Below are positions 13,501 to 28,600 of a stretch of 64,000 bases of DNA, in pieces. The stretch is from Podarcis vaucheri. Taxonomy: Eukaryota. The notes under the pieces are model-generated. The model saw nothing but the letters and a program-made list of their open reading frames with translations. It did no database searches and had not been told where the DNA came from. The stretch lies in assembly GCA_965113315.1 (NCBI GenBank), contig OZ220379.1. One strand, written 5' to 3'. Position numbers and translations under genes: made by a program. The number at the start of each line of letters is the position of its first letter. The first letter of the stretch is position 1.

Positions 13501-16500
13501 GCTCATGTTCCTCAACTCGTTGCCAAACCAACCAAGCTAATGTAACTTGATGGGGCTTGACATTCAGGAGTACTGGCAAGGTTCATACTAGTTTCAGCTG
13601 CAGTTATTTTGCTCATTACTTCCCAAAAGTCATAGAGCAACCATGAGCTGGAATTGATTCCTTTGTCTCACAATGGAGCTGTGAAACATTTAATAAATAC
13701 TGCCTTAAAGTGCTACTGATTAAGTTAAACAAGACATCTCAAGTCACAGTCAAATCACATTACAGTGGCATGAGGATGTCGTTAAAAACAATAGTCCCAT
13801 GTCAATGTCTCTTCTTTCCTTTTAACAATCCCGCATTGTGATCCAATTACCTTGTGCATTTCTCTGCCCAATCCAAATCGTTGCCTGCCACTGGCAAGGG
13901 CAGTGAAATGTACAGGGATGCAAACATGAATAAAATGTTGGGGGCACCCCAGGTTATCTCCACCCTGCAGAATCAATCCCAAGACACGGCAAGCATGCAC
14001 CATTTGAATGGCAATAACCAACAACTGGAGCGGGGTGTGTGTGTCTGGCCCCCTCAAATATCTTATTGTGTGGAGGGCTGAAGGGACCTCAGCCCCTAGG
14101 AGTTGGCTACTATGGAAATGTACATGATGATGTCACGACACAGGTAGGCATTGCTATAAATCATAGAGGATGAGGAAAACATGAAGTGCCGTTTTCACTA
14201 TTCCCACCATGTCACTTGTAACATACAGTTACTTTATTGTAGTGTAACTATATGTATGGGACGCGGGTGGCACTGTGGGTTAAACGGGGTGAGCTCCCGT
14301 TGCTCGGTCCCTGCTCTTGCCAACCTAGCAGTTTGAAAGCACGTCAAAGTGCAAGTAGATAAATAGGTACTGCTCCAGCGGGAAGGTAAACGGCGTTTCA
14401 GTGCACTGCTCTGGCTCGCCAGAAGTGGCTTAGTCATGCTGGCCACATGACCCGGAAATTGTACACCGGCTCCCTCAGCCAATAAAGCGAGATGAGCGCC
14501 GCAACCCCAGTCGGTCACGACTGGACCTAATGGTCAGGGGTCCCTTTACTTTTATCTAACTATATGTGAAGGGCAGGTAAGCAATGGTGATGCAAGAGGG
14601 GTCCACAAAGAGCACCCCCCATATGATTAGACTGGCATGTGGGGGACCATTTGAAGAAGGGCGATATATTTCAACAATATAGAAATTTCCCATCAAACAA
14701 GGAAAAAGTGGTGCTTAAAAAATGCAGAGAAAATACACGAGTACTACTTAATATAATTTTGCAAAGATGAAAAGTAATATATCTTTCTTTTTCTAAAAAA
14801 AAACCAAATCCCTCTTAGCTATGACTTGTCTAACTACTTTTATACCTCAGGCAAGTAGTGTGGATTTGGCATTTTTGTTGTCATGTAGAACCTGAAGTTT
14901 TTGTCATAATCTATATCGGAATCTCCGAGGCGAATGAGAAGTCTTCCGCCAGCAACGAAAGTCTGCTTCAAAAGAATTGGTTCCAGAGCAGGGTCAAGTG
15001 TCTCTCTAAGCTATTAAAACGAGGGAAAGAGATGAGTTTCTTTTTATGCATTATGCTTAGCGAAAACATTTCAGAGTTAAAGCACACACTTATGCTTCTG
15101 TGTAACAGGAGTCTTATTTTCTTATTGTGGTTCTTTACTCCCTCCCCCCCCCCCCGTTGAATATCATTTGATATGGATCTTTAGTTTTTTGGTACAAATT
15201 AGCTTATGGGTTAGATCTGAAGCAGCGTGAGCGGAAAGAAAATACAGTGGTACCTCAGAAGTCAAACAGAATCCATTCCGGAAGTCCGTTCGACTTCCAA
15301 AACATTCAGAAACCAAAGCACGGCTTCGGATTGGCTGCAGGAAGCTCCTGCAGCCAATCAAAAGCTGCGTAAGTCGCGTCAGACGTTCGGGTTCCAAAGA
15401 AGGTTCGCAAACCGGAATACTCACTTCCAGGTTTGCGGTGTTTGGGAGCCAAAGCATTTGACTTGCAAGGCGTTCGGGATGCAAGGTGCGACTGTAGCTT
15501 CTTGTTCCCTCAATACTTGTGCTAGGATTCGTACAGAACCATAAGTATCAGTCCTTTTCACGTGGGTAGAACACTTTTCTACCCACAAACTAGCACAAGT
15601 TGTGAAAGCAGCTCTATGAATGGAAGACACCTCCCATAGGGAAGGCACTGCTGGATCCAGCCCTGCAAGTCTTCAGAATTTAACAAGTGAGCAAAGCTAA
15701 TGATGGCACAAATCCTGCTACTAGCAACACCTGGCTTTGGCCACTTAGAATTGCTTCTTTAGAAAGCCATGGGTGGGAGGGAATGCAATTGATATGTCAG
15801 CACTACTTAATATCTGTCAGGGCAGGCAGCTGTCAGAGGTTTGCTGGGAATTATGCCAGAGAATCAGAGCCAAGGGACCAAGCCAAGAGCCAGAGAGGAG
15901 GTGGCTTGTTACACTGGGCAGTTGTACGCACAGCAGAAGGTTCCTGGTTGCAGCCCATCTGCTCCCTGACAATAACTCAGTAGTAAAAATGGCCTCCAGA
16001 ATATATGTAAACTATCTCTGCCATGCAGTGGTTGCAGTGACAAAGAGCATTAAATGAGATACTTGGAAAGCACCCATCTCACATCATACTTCAGTTACAA
16101 GCTGCCTATGTGGCCTTCAGGAAGCCACCATCTCAAGCTAACACTCTTCTGCAATGTGCGGATAAGTATCCTGCCTACCATATACAACTGTTGAGAGGAT
16201 GGACAAATTTGTCAATTTCAGTTTCGCATTTTTTCCCCATCTTAAATTCAGGTCCCCCATATCTCCATAGAAACTTGATATTTTCCTCATGAAAATATGA
16301 TGCTTTAGTACAAATCTCTCCTGAACACACATTTTTGTATGCTGTCTTGACTAATAAAGATTTTGCACGCATTTGGCCTCGACACAAGGCATCTTTCTAT
16401 ATATTGTTGGGCGGGAGGCCTTCGCTACAAAATTTGGAAAAGTGCAAATTTCCATGGATAATTATGGGTTTGGTTCATGTACTGATTTAAGAAGCGTGTA

Positions 16501-19500
16501 TGATGAGGCCGTTTCTCAAGATAATGCAAGCAAAATTGAATTTCTCCCCCACGCCTAAGCTGCTGCAAAGGTTTGCTAAAATGATCTAAATGAAGTGCTC
16601 TGAAAAGTCAATAAATTATTTATAAGTGCTAAGTATTATTATTACGTCAACAACTGACTGAACAATAAAGCCACTGAATGTTCTCAGCTTGGAGGTTAAA
16701 CGGGACTCAGAATCCACACCAGAACATTTTGCCTGTACATTTTCAGATTTATTAAGCAACTCCGCAGTGAAAGGTGACGGTAAAGTACATAATACATAAC
16801 ACAAAATAAAAAGTCTAAAATGGAGCATCATAAAAAGTGGTAACCAATCATCACGGACGGCAGGGGAAGACAATAACTGGAAAATCGCTCTAGTTATTTC
16901 TGCTTAAGTTACCATTAATTTCCGTTTTCTGACAATTAAGCCTTGCATTTTGTGACAGCTAATGAAATAAATCAATGCAAAGAGAACTCTTTGTTAAAGG
17001 AAGTATTTGCAATGGCAAACAAGAAATCCTTCTCATGCATCTAGCTATACTATTACTTCCCTGCATGGATGGCAATATATGTTTCACATTACAGTTGTTC
17101 TTTAAACATTGCATTTTGTAAAACCACTTCATGAGTTTGGGCTGATGAAGCAGGATATAAATATAAGAAAGAAAATTAGTTTCTCTCAAAGTCATGAACA
17201 GAGAAACATCCTAGCTTTCCTAAAGCACACCTGCTTATTAGAAAAATACACAACAATCATAACCACAACTGAAGGTACATGGATAAATGGATTTATTGTC
17301 TAAACAATACTGACTCCACTACAGATCATGTTAGTCACAATCAAATTATCCTATTGATTTCAACAGGACGTAAGCATGACTAATTTTCTGTAGGTCAAGG
17401 TCACAGCGAGTTTTGCATGATACAATAGTTTTTCATGATATAATAACAAACCACATGAAGACTGAGACATCCTGGTTTTTACTCTCTCCTTTGTTTTTGA
17501 TTTGAGAAAGATTCATACAATGTATAAACCTCTCATTTCCTATCTTTCGTGACTGCCTCTTTAAATCCACTTCTTCCTCTGTAGAAAGAATGTACCAAGA
17601 AACTACCTTCTTGTGCGATAGTCTCTCTTTTTCTCCTTCCTTTGTTCAGGCAAAGCTAGAAAAATATTCCCAATTTCAGAAGTTTTGCAACTATCCTCCA
17701 AATGACAGAATACTTGGTACACTGTATGTACTACCGTATTTTTCGCCCTATAGGACGCACTTTTCCCCCTCCAAAAATGAAGGGGAAATGTGTGCGCGTC
17801 CTATGGGGCGAATGCAGGCTTTCGCTGAAGCCTGGAGAGCGAGAGGGGTCGGTGCACACCGACCCCTCTTGCTCTCCAGGCTTCAGGAAGCTATCCGCAA
17901 GCCTTGCAAGCCCGGCGGGAGTTCCCCCAGGCGCGCAAGACTTGCGGGCGGCAGCCTGCAGCCCGAAGCACGGGGCGCCCTCCAGAGGACGCCCCGTGCT
18001 TTGCGCAAGTGTCCGCAAGCCTCGCGCGCCCGGGGGAACTCCCCCTGGGTGCGCAAGGCTTGCGGGCGGCAGCCTGCAGTGCGGAGCACAGGGCGCCCTC
18101 CGCAGGACGCCCCGTGCTTCACGCAGGTGTCCGCAAGCCTCGCGCACCCGGCGGAAGGTCCCGCCGGGCTCACAAGGCTTGCAGGCAGCAGCCTGTTCTG
18201 GGGGCTAGGGTCGGGGGAAGCTCGGGCTTCCCCTGCCCCTGCCCCGCGCCTGGGGGGGGGGAATAATTTTTTTCCCTTTATTTCCCCCCAAAAAAATCTA
18301 TGTGCGTCCTATGGGGTGGTGCATCCTATGGGGCGGAAAATACGGTTCTTGTAGAAGTCTTCTTGTAGAAGTCGACAAGGATGTACCTGGTCAGAGCCAG
18401 TGGATCATGTTTAACAGTTATAAACAAAAGAACAAGAAATGAAAGATTGTTCTAGCTTAATGCAAAAAGATCCAAACCTCTTCTAGAAGAACAGGTGACC
18501 CTAGACGAATAGCATTCTCCAGGGTACGCAGGAAACCAGTGTCAGTAAGCTTAATTATCTTTAAGCCATCATTTGCTTCTTTATTTCTTATCCAGCGGTT
18601 TGCCTGTGTATTAAAAGATATTATCATTAGGATGGTAAATAAGGAATTAAGATGTTCCCCCCCCAATCAACCCTTTAATGGACAATGCAAATTTCACAGC
18701 TCTGTCTAATTCTTCCCATCCTTCTTGGAGTGGTGTATGAATGTGGAGTTGAACCAGAAGACCAAAAATTGTCCTCTTTTTGGTATGACAATTAGAGCTG
18801 GAGTGAGAATTTAAGATAGGATGGGTTTTTGTGTTCTTAACTGGCTTTTTCTTTTTTTAAATTGTACATTGCCTTGAGATGACTGTGTATAAGGTGATTA
18901 ATGTAATAATACTAATACTCAACCATCCTGAGTTCTTGCAAGCAGAATCAAGTTAGATACAGCATGCTGTGAGCAGATCCCTGGATTCGTTTCTGCATTC
19001 AACCCCAATTTACTCTATCACAACTATAACAATATCCTCCTCTAGGAGGGGAAATGGCACTGGAAAGGGAAATAATGCAGCAGGCATGGGAAGGCGCCTT
19101 TGAAGAAATAACAGGCTGGAGAGGATAATGCAATTATGATCTTTAGCATTTCCCAAAAAATATCATTATCCCATAATACAGAATACGGCTGTTGTGGATA
19201 TCTGATGGAAACAAAACATAGCATTTCTAAAGCGAGTACTGACTTGATCTTGGGGGTCAATCATGAGTGGCCAGCGTCGCCCCCGTGTAACGAGAATGCC
19301 ATTCTCAGTGGAAACATAGTCCCGTGGCAATCCATCAGTGTTCCATTGTCGAATTTCATAAGGATCTCCCAAAATATTTATGAGACTGAAATCAGGACTA
19401 ATAGGAATATCTAGTTCCTGACATTGTTTGATCCAGCGATCTATTAACTGAGATGAAGGAAAGAAACAAGGAAGGTTACTTTTGTTATAGCATATAGGAA

Positions 19501-22500
19501 AGGTTAAGTCAATCAGTTCATGACTGGGCTACAACAAGAATCAGTAATGGTAAGCATCCATAATGAGATTGTGAAACCTTACCAGCTCCCAGTGCAACTA
19601 GTGTGTTAGACAAGGATGTTAGTAACACAGGGCTATGGTCAGAAGGAGCGGCGTCTTGATGGTGGGAAGCAATGAAACAAATAGGCTGACTCAACTCATC
19701 TCCTGATATCTGGCTATGGTAGCTGAAAACGAAGTACCACTGGAATTATAATACCAACAAGTTTCAAAAGTACTACTCATACAAGTGTGGGAAGATGTGA
19801 GGAGGGCTGAATTAAGAAAAAAAATTAAGAAAATCTTTCCACTTTGGGGGGGGGGTTCCATTTTAAAAATGAAATGAAAATTAAACAAGTTTCATGGCGT
19901 GACAGCACGGATTGTAGCCTCTACCATGAGAGGTAAGGGAGGCAAACCAGCCAGATAAACCAACCCCCTCCTCCTTGTTAACGTCAGCACTGCCACCAAG
20001 TGGATACTGCCCCCCACTGCCTTCACTAAGCAGCCCTATAACCTTTTGGACTCTGACTGGTCCAGCCCCCACCCATACAGGGTAGAGTGATATGATCCTG
20101 AAGTGAATACCTTAAGAGTGCTATGTGTTATTACACTATAACTTTTTTAAAAACCAAAAAAACCAACTTTTCTGATTATTGACACTTTAGCAAGGTGATT
20201 TAAGGCAATGCTGCTAGGGTTTTTAAAAAACAAAACAAAACAAAACAAAGAAACAACTAATTGCTAGAGTGGAAACATGATATTAAAACTTATTAAAAAT
20301 GCCTTGCATCATTTTTAAAATTAGCATTATAGCATTAATAACACCTTGCCATATTTTGCTAATCCTTTAACATTTAAAAAGATTATAGCTGAGAAAGTGT
20401 TTCAGCGTTAATTAAAAGCTCTATTAACCTGAGGTGATGAAATAGCACCTGCCACAAAGATTACACTGAACTTATGCTGAGCTGTGAGAGGTTCATTTGC
20501 CTGCTAAGTCACTGCTTGTATTAAAACCATGCCCTTTTAAAAGTATGGAAGACTAGCACTAAGGGCATCAATACTTTGCTGTTCTTAAACAAGTTGAACT
20601 TTCTGTAGTCTATAGGGAAACCCAAAAGAACCCCAAGGAAAAACCACGGTGGGATCCTGTATCTATGAGGGTAGAATGCACAAGAGGAAGCCTTGCCAGA
20701 CCAGATCCCTTGCCAAGGGAATGGCTTTGGCTGGGTTAGCTAAATACCCTGCTTTAGCATATCCAAAGAAGTTGCCCTATGCCATAGAACAAACAGGTAG
20801 GCCTTTCCCCCACCCGCCTTATGTAGCTGCTATGTAGGAGAACAACAGCCAGAGTTGTGTGAGAGTGAGCTGAAAGCAGCTCGTGTTTGCTCTGTGCTGG
20901 ACCTTTGGGCTCTCCTGAAAACCTAACGGGAAGCAAGATCTGTGGGCAGGCTAATGCTGTGATTCCCCTCCATTACGGTTGCCATACGTCTGGAATTTCC
21001 CAGACATATCCGGAATACTGCAGCCGCAAGCAGTGTACAGTTGTACCTCGGGTTACATATGCTTCAGGTTAATACGCTTCAGGTTACAGACTTTGCTAAC
21101 CCAGAAATAGTGCTTCAGGTTAAGAACTTTGCTTCAGGATGAGAACTGAAATTGTGCTCTGGCAGCGCGGCAGCAGCAAGAGGCCCCATTAGCTAAAGTG
21201 GTGCTTCAGGTTAGAACAGTTTCAGGTTAAATACGGACCTCCGGAACGAATTAAGTACTTAACCCGAGGTACCACTATATAGGTGGAAAACAGCAAAATG
21301 TCAGGGAAAACCCAGACGTATGACAGCCAATGTTGACAGTGTGGTTTTTGCCTTAGAAATAGCTCAAAAATGTCCAATTTCTTTGCGATTTTTGCCCAAA
21401 ACTAAAAAAAGTGGATATGTGTGTTAATAAAAACATCTATTCTATAGACACCACAGTCTCTGCCGACCTTCACTCCAAGGGAACTGAGCCTCAGGTGAGT
21501 GTTTGGAACCCCTGGAGTTTGGTGTGGCATGTAACAGTACGTTTCCTCCGGTCTGGACCACGGTTTTTACATCTATCCCCTCATTAGATAACCGGTTCAC
21601 TAAGCAAAGCTCAACCATTTGCAGTGAAGAAAAGGGTAATTCACTCTTCGGCTGGAGCAAAGGGCCTATTGTGCAGAGTTGTTGCAGTTCTTCCAATGTG
21701 GCTATACTGCTTTACATTTATTTGGAGGGTTCTGTTTCACTATGAAACGGACAAGCGTTTCTATAAAGTACACGATTTTTACAATGAAAAAAGCCCACAG
21801 GCATATCCACAGAAATCATGGTACAGAGAAAGAAGTGTTGTTTTAACTCACCAGTTGCCTATAATGTGCTGTAAAGGCTCCATAGTAGGCTACACAAGCT
21901 GCAGCTATGAACACATTTCCAGTGATGTTTGAAATCTCCGCCTCAAAATTCAAAATACTCTCTTCCCACCGGACCTGTTCATCCCCTAATGCAGCTGTAA
22001 GTTTTCCAGCTCGATTGAGGCGAGCTTGAGTCAGTGCCATGGTCCTTGCTAAATAGAGTGAAAATTACTAGACTGTTTATTTTAAAACAGTAGTAAGGTT
22101 TTTGTTTTTTTAAGACATTCTTTGGACCTCTTTACATAATAAAGGATTACATGTCCAGAGTTAGAAATGTCACAGAAAATCAGAATATGGGAAGCAAATC
22201 CTTTTTTCTTTGTTGACAGCTCCTAGCCTAATTCCTTTCAAACACTCTATCCCTGGGTATGTATCTACATATGCAAACTAAAATACGTTGCTCAAGTCTG
22301 AGCCTCCTCAAAAACCTGTACAGGACTCCAGAGATATAAAGGCTAGAAGTAAAAATCATTTCATCAGATGCCCCCATCACTGGCACATTCTCCCACAAAT
22401 TCATTTAGAGTTCCTTCTGTTCTCTAGTGTTTCCTTGGAAGTTTCACTTCCCAGAGATGTTCTGAAAATGGTTCTCTAAGGAAAGATCTGCTTGGACAAC

Positions 22501-22615
22501 AACTCCTCAGATTTTATGTAATTCCTATGTATGTGTTAGATTGTTACATAGCATGATCTGCCTTCTGGTGTATGAATAGTTTGCCATGGTCAAGTTTTGT
22601 GTAAATATTTGAAAT

Positions 22616-22653
<38 letters not shown>

Positions 22654-25600
22654 TGCCCTGATAAATGGATTTGTATGTTGGATAAAGAGAATGACAAACT
22701 TCGTGCATGTGAGAAATTTTAGATGTACAAACAAGCTTACATTCTTAACATGTTTGTAGATCAGAGAGTCTTCTGGATGTCTAATTGCTGAAACACCAGG
22801 AGGCATTCCTGACAACTAAGGCTGCAATCTGAACCCCCCACATCTGGGAGTAAGACTTAGTGAATTCAATAGTGAATTCTTAGTGAATTCAATCATGTCT
22901 GGGTAGACGTGATTAGGATTATGCTGTAAAGCTTAAACAAAATTTTAGCTCTTTGTATTATTTTTTGTATTTTTTGATCTCCAACCTATTACTAGGCTCT
23001 GTGTACGGCTCCAAGATATCATTCAGCATCTTGGATTAGTACTGTAGACTCAATGAGAGTTTTTAGATTTAGTTAGCCCCACAAAGTGAAAAAATATATC
23101 TGAAGCATTACTGTAACATTATGTTCATAGTCTTTAAAACAGCCACTTACCAAGGCCCTCTTTTTCTTCCAAACTTCTTTCATATTGGTCTTGCAATTCC
23201 TGAATTTGTTCTTCCACTTGCCTCAGTTTTTTTTGTTTATCACGAAGGGTAGCCAAAGTCGCATCAAGTTCTGCCTAATCGGTATTAAAAATGGATGCTT
23301 ATTACTGCTGTGCCAAATGCTTTGCACAATGTGTTTTGTTCACTTGCACAACAATTCTGTTAAGGAAAATGCCTGATGCACTTCATACTATAGACTGATA
23401 GTGACTTCCTTGGGATCATGCAACACTTTCTAGGACTGAACTGGACTTTGAACATAGGCCTCAGATTTCCACACCCAACTCTTTTACCATTGGACATTGG
23501 GCAGTATTGACCAAGGCAGCACCAGGAGTGCCAACTCTATAGAGTCGAGGTGTCTTTGGCCCCCTCAATATCTGTTGGCAGGGGGCTGACCCCCTCAATA
23601 TTGAGGGGGCGGAAGAGGCCGGATGTAGAGCATGCTCCTCCTGAACGTGAGAGAAGAGGAGCCGACAGCCATTGAAGCCACGCTGCGCTGGGCTCAGCGC
23701 TTGGTCTCCTCCTGACGATTAGATGTCACCCATGTGATATCACCCGTGTGCAAAACATGCTGGGCACATGACATCACTGGCGTGTGACATGTATAAGATC
23801 ACAACATGCACCGGGGCCCCTCAATCTTGGGTGCAGCAGCAAAGTCTTGCGCCAAAACAGCAGCCTATAGATCCAGCCCTGCTGGTCAGGAGAAAAAGCA
23901 CACCAGGGGAAAAATGAGAGTGCACATTGCATCATCTGTTAAGTCTACTCAACAGCTGCCACTCACACAAGGGCACACAGACCTGAGCCCAACCGTGTCA
24001 GCTTGATCCAGGCAATAACATCTGGCAGGGTCTGGAGTTGTTGGTTGTGGCCTGAGGAAGAAGGCGGTTTTTAACAATCTTTTCCACCCATGAACACCCT
24101 TGTCCTCTTGGCCAGGATGCGTAGGGTGACGAGGGAAGAGGGGGAAATGAGAGAAAAGATACAAAAAATGCACTGCAAACATGAGCCTAGTGAGGAAAAA
24201 ATGTCTTTCATAACCCAAGGCAGGGCTGGTTGGGGGCAGGGAGTATCGAATCCCCAAGGAGGAGTCAATCAGCAGGCTGGCTGTGGCTTCCGCTGGGCGG
24301 AAGGGATACTCCTAAATTATATGCCATTGCCTCTAGCAAGAGAAATCTCTTCTCTTTAGCAAAATAGCTAGCCCCAGAAAAGACCAAGAAGTGTCACAGA
24401 TGAATGGAATTTTCTTTTTTCCAGTCAGTATTAAATAAAACATACAAAATAACATTGAAAAAACAAGCACCTGTGCAGCATTTAACTTCTGTCTTTTTGG
24501 CTCCACAACCTTGACAATTCGAGAGTATAAATCCATAGCTCTCACCCACATACACATAGACTTGCATGCCTTTGACACTTTCTCTACTTTTTCCGGTACA
24601 AAATCGGGGTTGTTGATATATTTCTGAAGCTTAAGCAAAACTTGACGGCCTATATTTTCTTTATCATATTCTAAAAGCCTTCTCAGGAAAGTGGAGTCTC
24701 CAAGAAGCTGTTTTGCTGTTGCCCAGTCAGGCCTGAAAGATTAAAAGAAGTGGTGGAATTTAGAAATATATGCCCCAGAGAATATATTAACCAATGCAGT
24801 TTCATGTATTTTTGAAATTTCCATGCTTTATTACCAATGCTAGGATGAAATTTATACTTGATAAAAAACTAACTGGCAGTTACATTTCCAAAGCACATTT
24901 CATTAACTTGAAGAAGAGAAGAAACTTAAAAGCACAGAGACAGGCCTTGGGAAGTAGATATGAACAAAGGAAACAGCTTTGATGCTTCGTGCTGCCGCTA
25001 AAATTTTGTGATAATATGAATTCAAAGTCAAGTGGCACGTCTACGGATTTCATCTAATCCAGAGAGACACTTGCTGAAGTGGCAGCCAAAGTTGCTGGTC
25101 CTCTACAGGAACGTGCCTTCTAGGTTGCTATTGTCAAAACTGTTAAATTATATAATATCATGATCTTAGGTATGGGAACCAAGTTCAACAAACTTAAGAT
25201 TCAATCATATGTACACTGGAGATGGAACTGAATTTAGTGAGACTTAATTTGGAGTATACATGCATAGGATTGTGCTATTAACAACAACAGCAACAACAAC
25301 GTTATTTATACAATGCCCATCTGGCTGGGCAGTTTCCAGCAAAATATACTGGATCCATCCCAATAACTAATAAACCCATAAGCAGCACAAATCTAATAAA
25401 AGTTATCAGCAATCAACAAAGACTTGGAAGCTTCCATGGGGAGATAAATGATTCCAGCTGGTGGCAAAAACTGTCTAGAGAATTGAATTGATCTTCCTTA
25501 GGCAGAAATTTCCAAAGGGTGGGGGCCACAACTAAAAAAGTTTGCTGCACTTCAATTATCATTGTAGTTAAAGGAAGAATACAGCGCAAACTGATCCCAT

Positions 25601-28600
25601 TGCATGGTATCTAGGAAAAGGTGGTATCTAAGATATGAACCACCGGCTATTTATGCACGATACATATATAAAATATGCAGGACAGTCCTATGCACTCAGG
25701 AATAAGCCACGTTGTCCTTGTGGCTATTTTACAAGCCTTATCATACTATTATCCATAATCAACAGATAAGTATAGGGAAAGAGTGGGAAGGAAGTGGCTA
25801 AGGAGAAGGAAAGCAGTGAATGAGGAGACATTTTGTTGTTGCTGCTGTTTAGTTGTGTCCGACTCTTCATGACCCCATGGATCAGAGCACGCCAGGCACT
25901 CCTGTCTTCCACTGCCTCCCGCAGTTTGGTCAAACTCATGTTGGTAGCATCGAGAACACTGTCCAACCATCTCATCCTCTGTTGTCCCCTTCTCCTTGTG
26001 CCCTCCATCTTTCCCAACATCAGGATCTTTTCCAGGGAGTCTTCTCTTCTCATGAAGTGGCCAAAGTATTGGAGCCTCAGCTTCACGATCTGTCCTTCCA
26101 GTGAGCACTCAGGGCTGATTTCCTTAAGAATGGATAGGTTTGATCTTCTTGCAATCCATGGGACTCTCAAGAGTCTCCTCCAGCACCATAATTCAAAAGC
26201 ATCAATTCTTCGGTGATCAGCCTTTTTTATGGTCCAGTTCTCACTTCCAGAAGGAAAGGCAAATGAACTTTGGACATCTCAGGACACCAGATACTTCCAC
26301 AAGTCAATTTTGCTACCTTTGGATACTAGATGGCAGTGTTGCCCATTGTTGGGCCATCCTACTGGGATATGCTTAGTGAGCAAAGCAGAGCCAACTGTGG
26401 AGTCCATTGGAAACAATTTCCCCCAAAATAAAAGGCATGTAGAATTGTGAAAACCTAGATAACTTCATGGTGGCTGAGATGCCCACAGGATTCCATGATG
26501 ATAAGCCAACATAAAGTACCCTTCACCCAGTGTCCATCATGCACTTTCCTACCCAATTCCGCACCATACAACAGTTCTGCACACTGTCAAGTACTAAGTG
26601 GTTCTTACAGGAGGCGTTGCAATGATCAAGACACGTGCTTCTGTGCTGGTATGATATTAGCATTCACTTTTTGAGTCATTCTGAAACATCCAAGAGAGTC
26701 ACACTTTGGAAAAACCTTAAAAAGGGTAAACCAATTGACCTTTGGAAACTGGACTCTTTGTTCTTTCAAATATTCTACCAATATTCGCAGTGGCTTTCAT
26801 TTGCTTTCTGATAAATGTACTTGATGTAACACATCCTTAGATTCCTTTGGGATATTCATCAGTGGCTGACTTTGCCTGAAGCATATAACAGCATGATCAA
26901 ACGCCCTAATAATTAGCTGATTTGGAGGAGAAAGTCAGAATTTGGCCCAAGCTCATCTAAACAGACGTGCTTTACCACTAGGGAGTTCTGACTATTCCCA
27001 CACATCAAAACCACAATTATAGTTTGTCATGCCCAATTAAATTTGAGTTCTTAATTTTTATCCCCCCAACGCTAATTAGTATCATTATCATTAGTATCAT
27101 GACACACACACGTCTCCTTCATAATGTTTGGCAATATTTCTGAGATCAAGAACAGAATGAGAAGGAATGGAGAATGTGTGGCTGCTGCTGAAATAACAAT
27201 CTCAAATCTGCTGATCTTCACCTGTAACATTATGTAATTCAAAATGGATACCCCTAACAGGATGCCATTGTGCTCTGCGTTTCCCCACTGCCTCAGGTAC
27301 TGGCAAGAAACCTTGAAGCATAATGATACCACACAGGTTTGCTGCACTGCGGAGGGGAACATGACTCTCTGTTGGAAAGTGCTCTAGGAAATGAGCATCA
27401 TTTCACATGAAATCAAACCTAAAAATCAAGAATGTGGGTGAGGCGCTAGCTTACTTTGCATTTAGAAGAATGCAGATAGCTTCCATTACTGTCATGACAA
27501 GATCAGGCGGCTTAGTGAAAACTCTGATTTCAGAAATATCTGCTTTATCTAAAGAGTCAAGAGCTTTGTTAGCCGCGTCCAGAGCTGGAAGAGCCTCATC
27601 CAAATCGCGCTGAGCATCATCAGCTATTGCCTGAGTTTCCTCCGCTTTTACTTTTGCAACAGCTTCGTCTTCTTGAACGACACGCCGAACCTGGGGGCGG
27701 GGATGGCCAAATACATCTTTACCAAATGAATAACAGCTATTAAAAATGTCAACATTTTCCTTACTTTAATATTTGGTTTTCCTTGTTCAAAATATAAGGA
27801 AGCAAAATAGAAACACAATGTGCAGTAAGATTGTGAAATACAATGCAATTCTGTGATTTCTTCTTCTTCTTCTTAAGTCACCAATGGAGATTGTAATGCC
27901 TTTGAGATCTTCCTGTTCTAAAACAATCAACACTCCTAGCAGCACTGCTCTGAGTGGTTTGAATAGATGTACTTTATCAGAACAAAAAAGGCAATAGACC
28001 AGGCTTCAGTCCCGAACTCACTTACTGGGGAGAAAGCTACATTGAACTCAGCAAAGCTTACTTCTGAGTACAGACGCTTACGGTTGTACTGTCCCTTGCC
28101 TTTTCAGTTAAGTGAGAGTTCAAAGAACCATGACCAGCATTAAGTCACGTGGAACAATGATCTAACACCAGGTAGCAGACATGGTGCCTTCCATATCTTG
28201 TTGGATTAAAACTCCCATCAGCTAGCATGTCCAGTTATCGGAGATGGTGGTAGTTGGGGGTCCAGCACCACCTAGAGCAGGGAGGGCCGAACTTGGCCCT
28301 CCAGCTGTTTTGGGACTACAGCTCCCATCATCCCTAGCTAACAGGACTAGCGGTCAGGGATGATGGGAATTGTAGTCCCAAAACAGCTGGACGGCCAAGT
28401 TTGGCCATGCCTGAACTAGAGGGACCTGTATTAGCAACCCACGGTCTAACAGTCAGTACTCTGCGTGCCACCACCAGCACCTTTCATCCTTTCTCATTAT
28501 AGGGGGACTATTAAATTCTTAAGTTAATTGCGACATCTAGGAAACACTGAGCAGTAAAAATCTAGTCTGTTTCAAGGGCACACCACTGCTAAAGATATGA

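Noticed and set aside
16495-16608. Possible C/D box snoRNA (ATGATGA ... CTGA)
   Set aside because: Antisense to the host transcript, with no terminal stem and no recognisable rRNA guide.
17590-18354. 254-aa plus-strand ORF and overlapping ORFs
   Set aside because: They lie in the GC-rich MITE array, are open in several frames and show no protein motif.
21442-21745. Coding-looking 84-aa and 80-aa ORFs next to exon 31
   Set aside because: Exons 31 and 32 already join in frame; there is no polypyrimidine acceptor and I recognise no homology.
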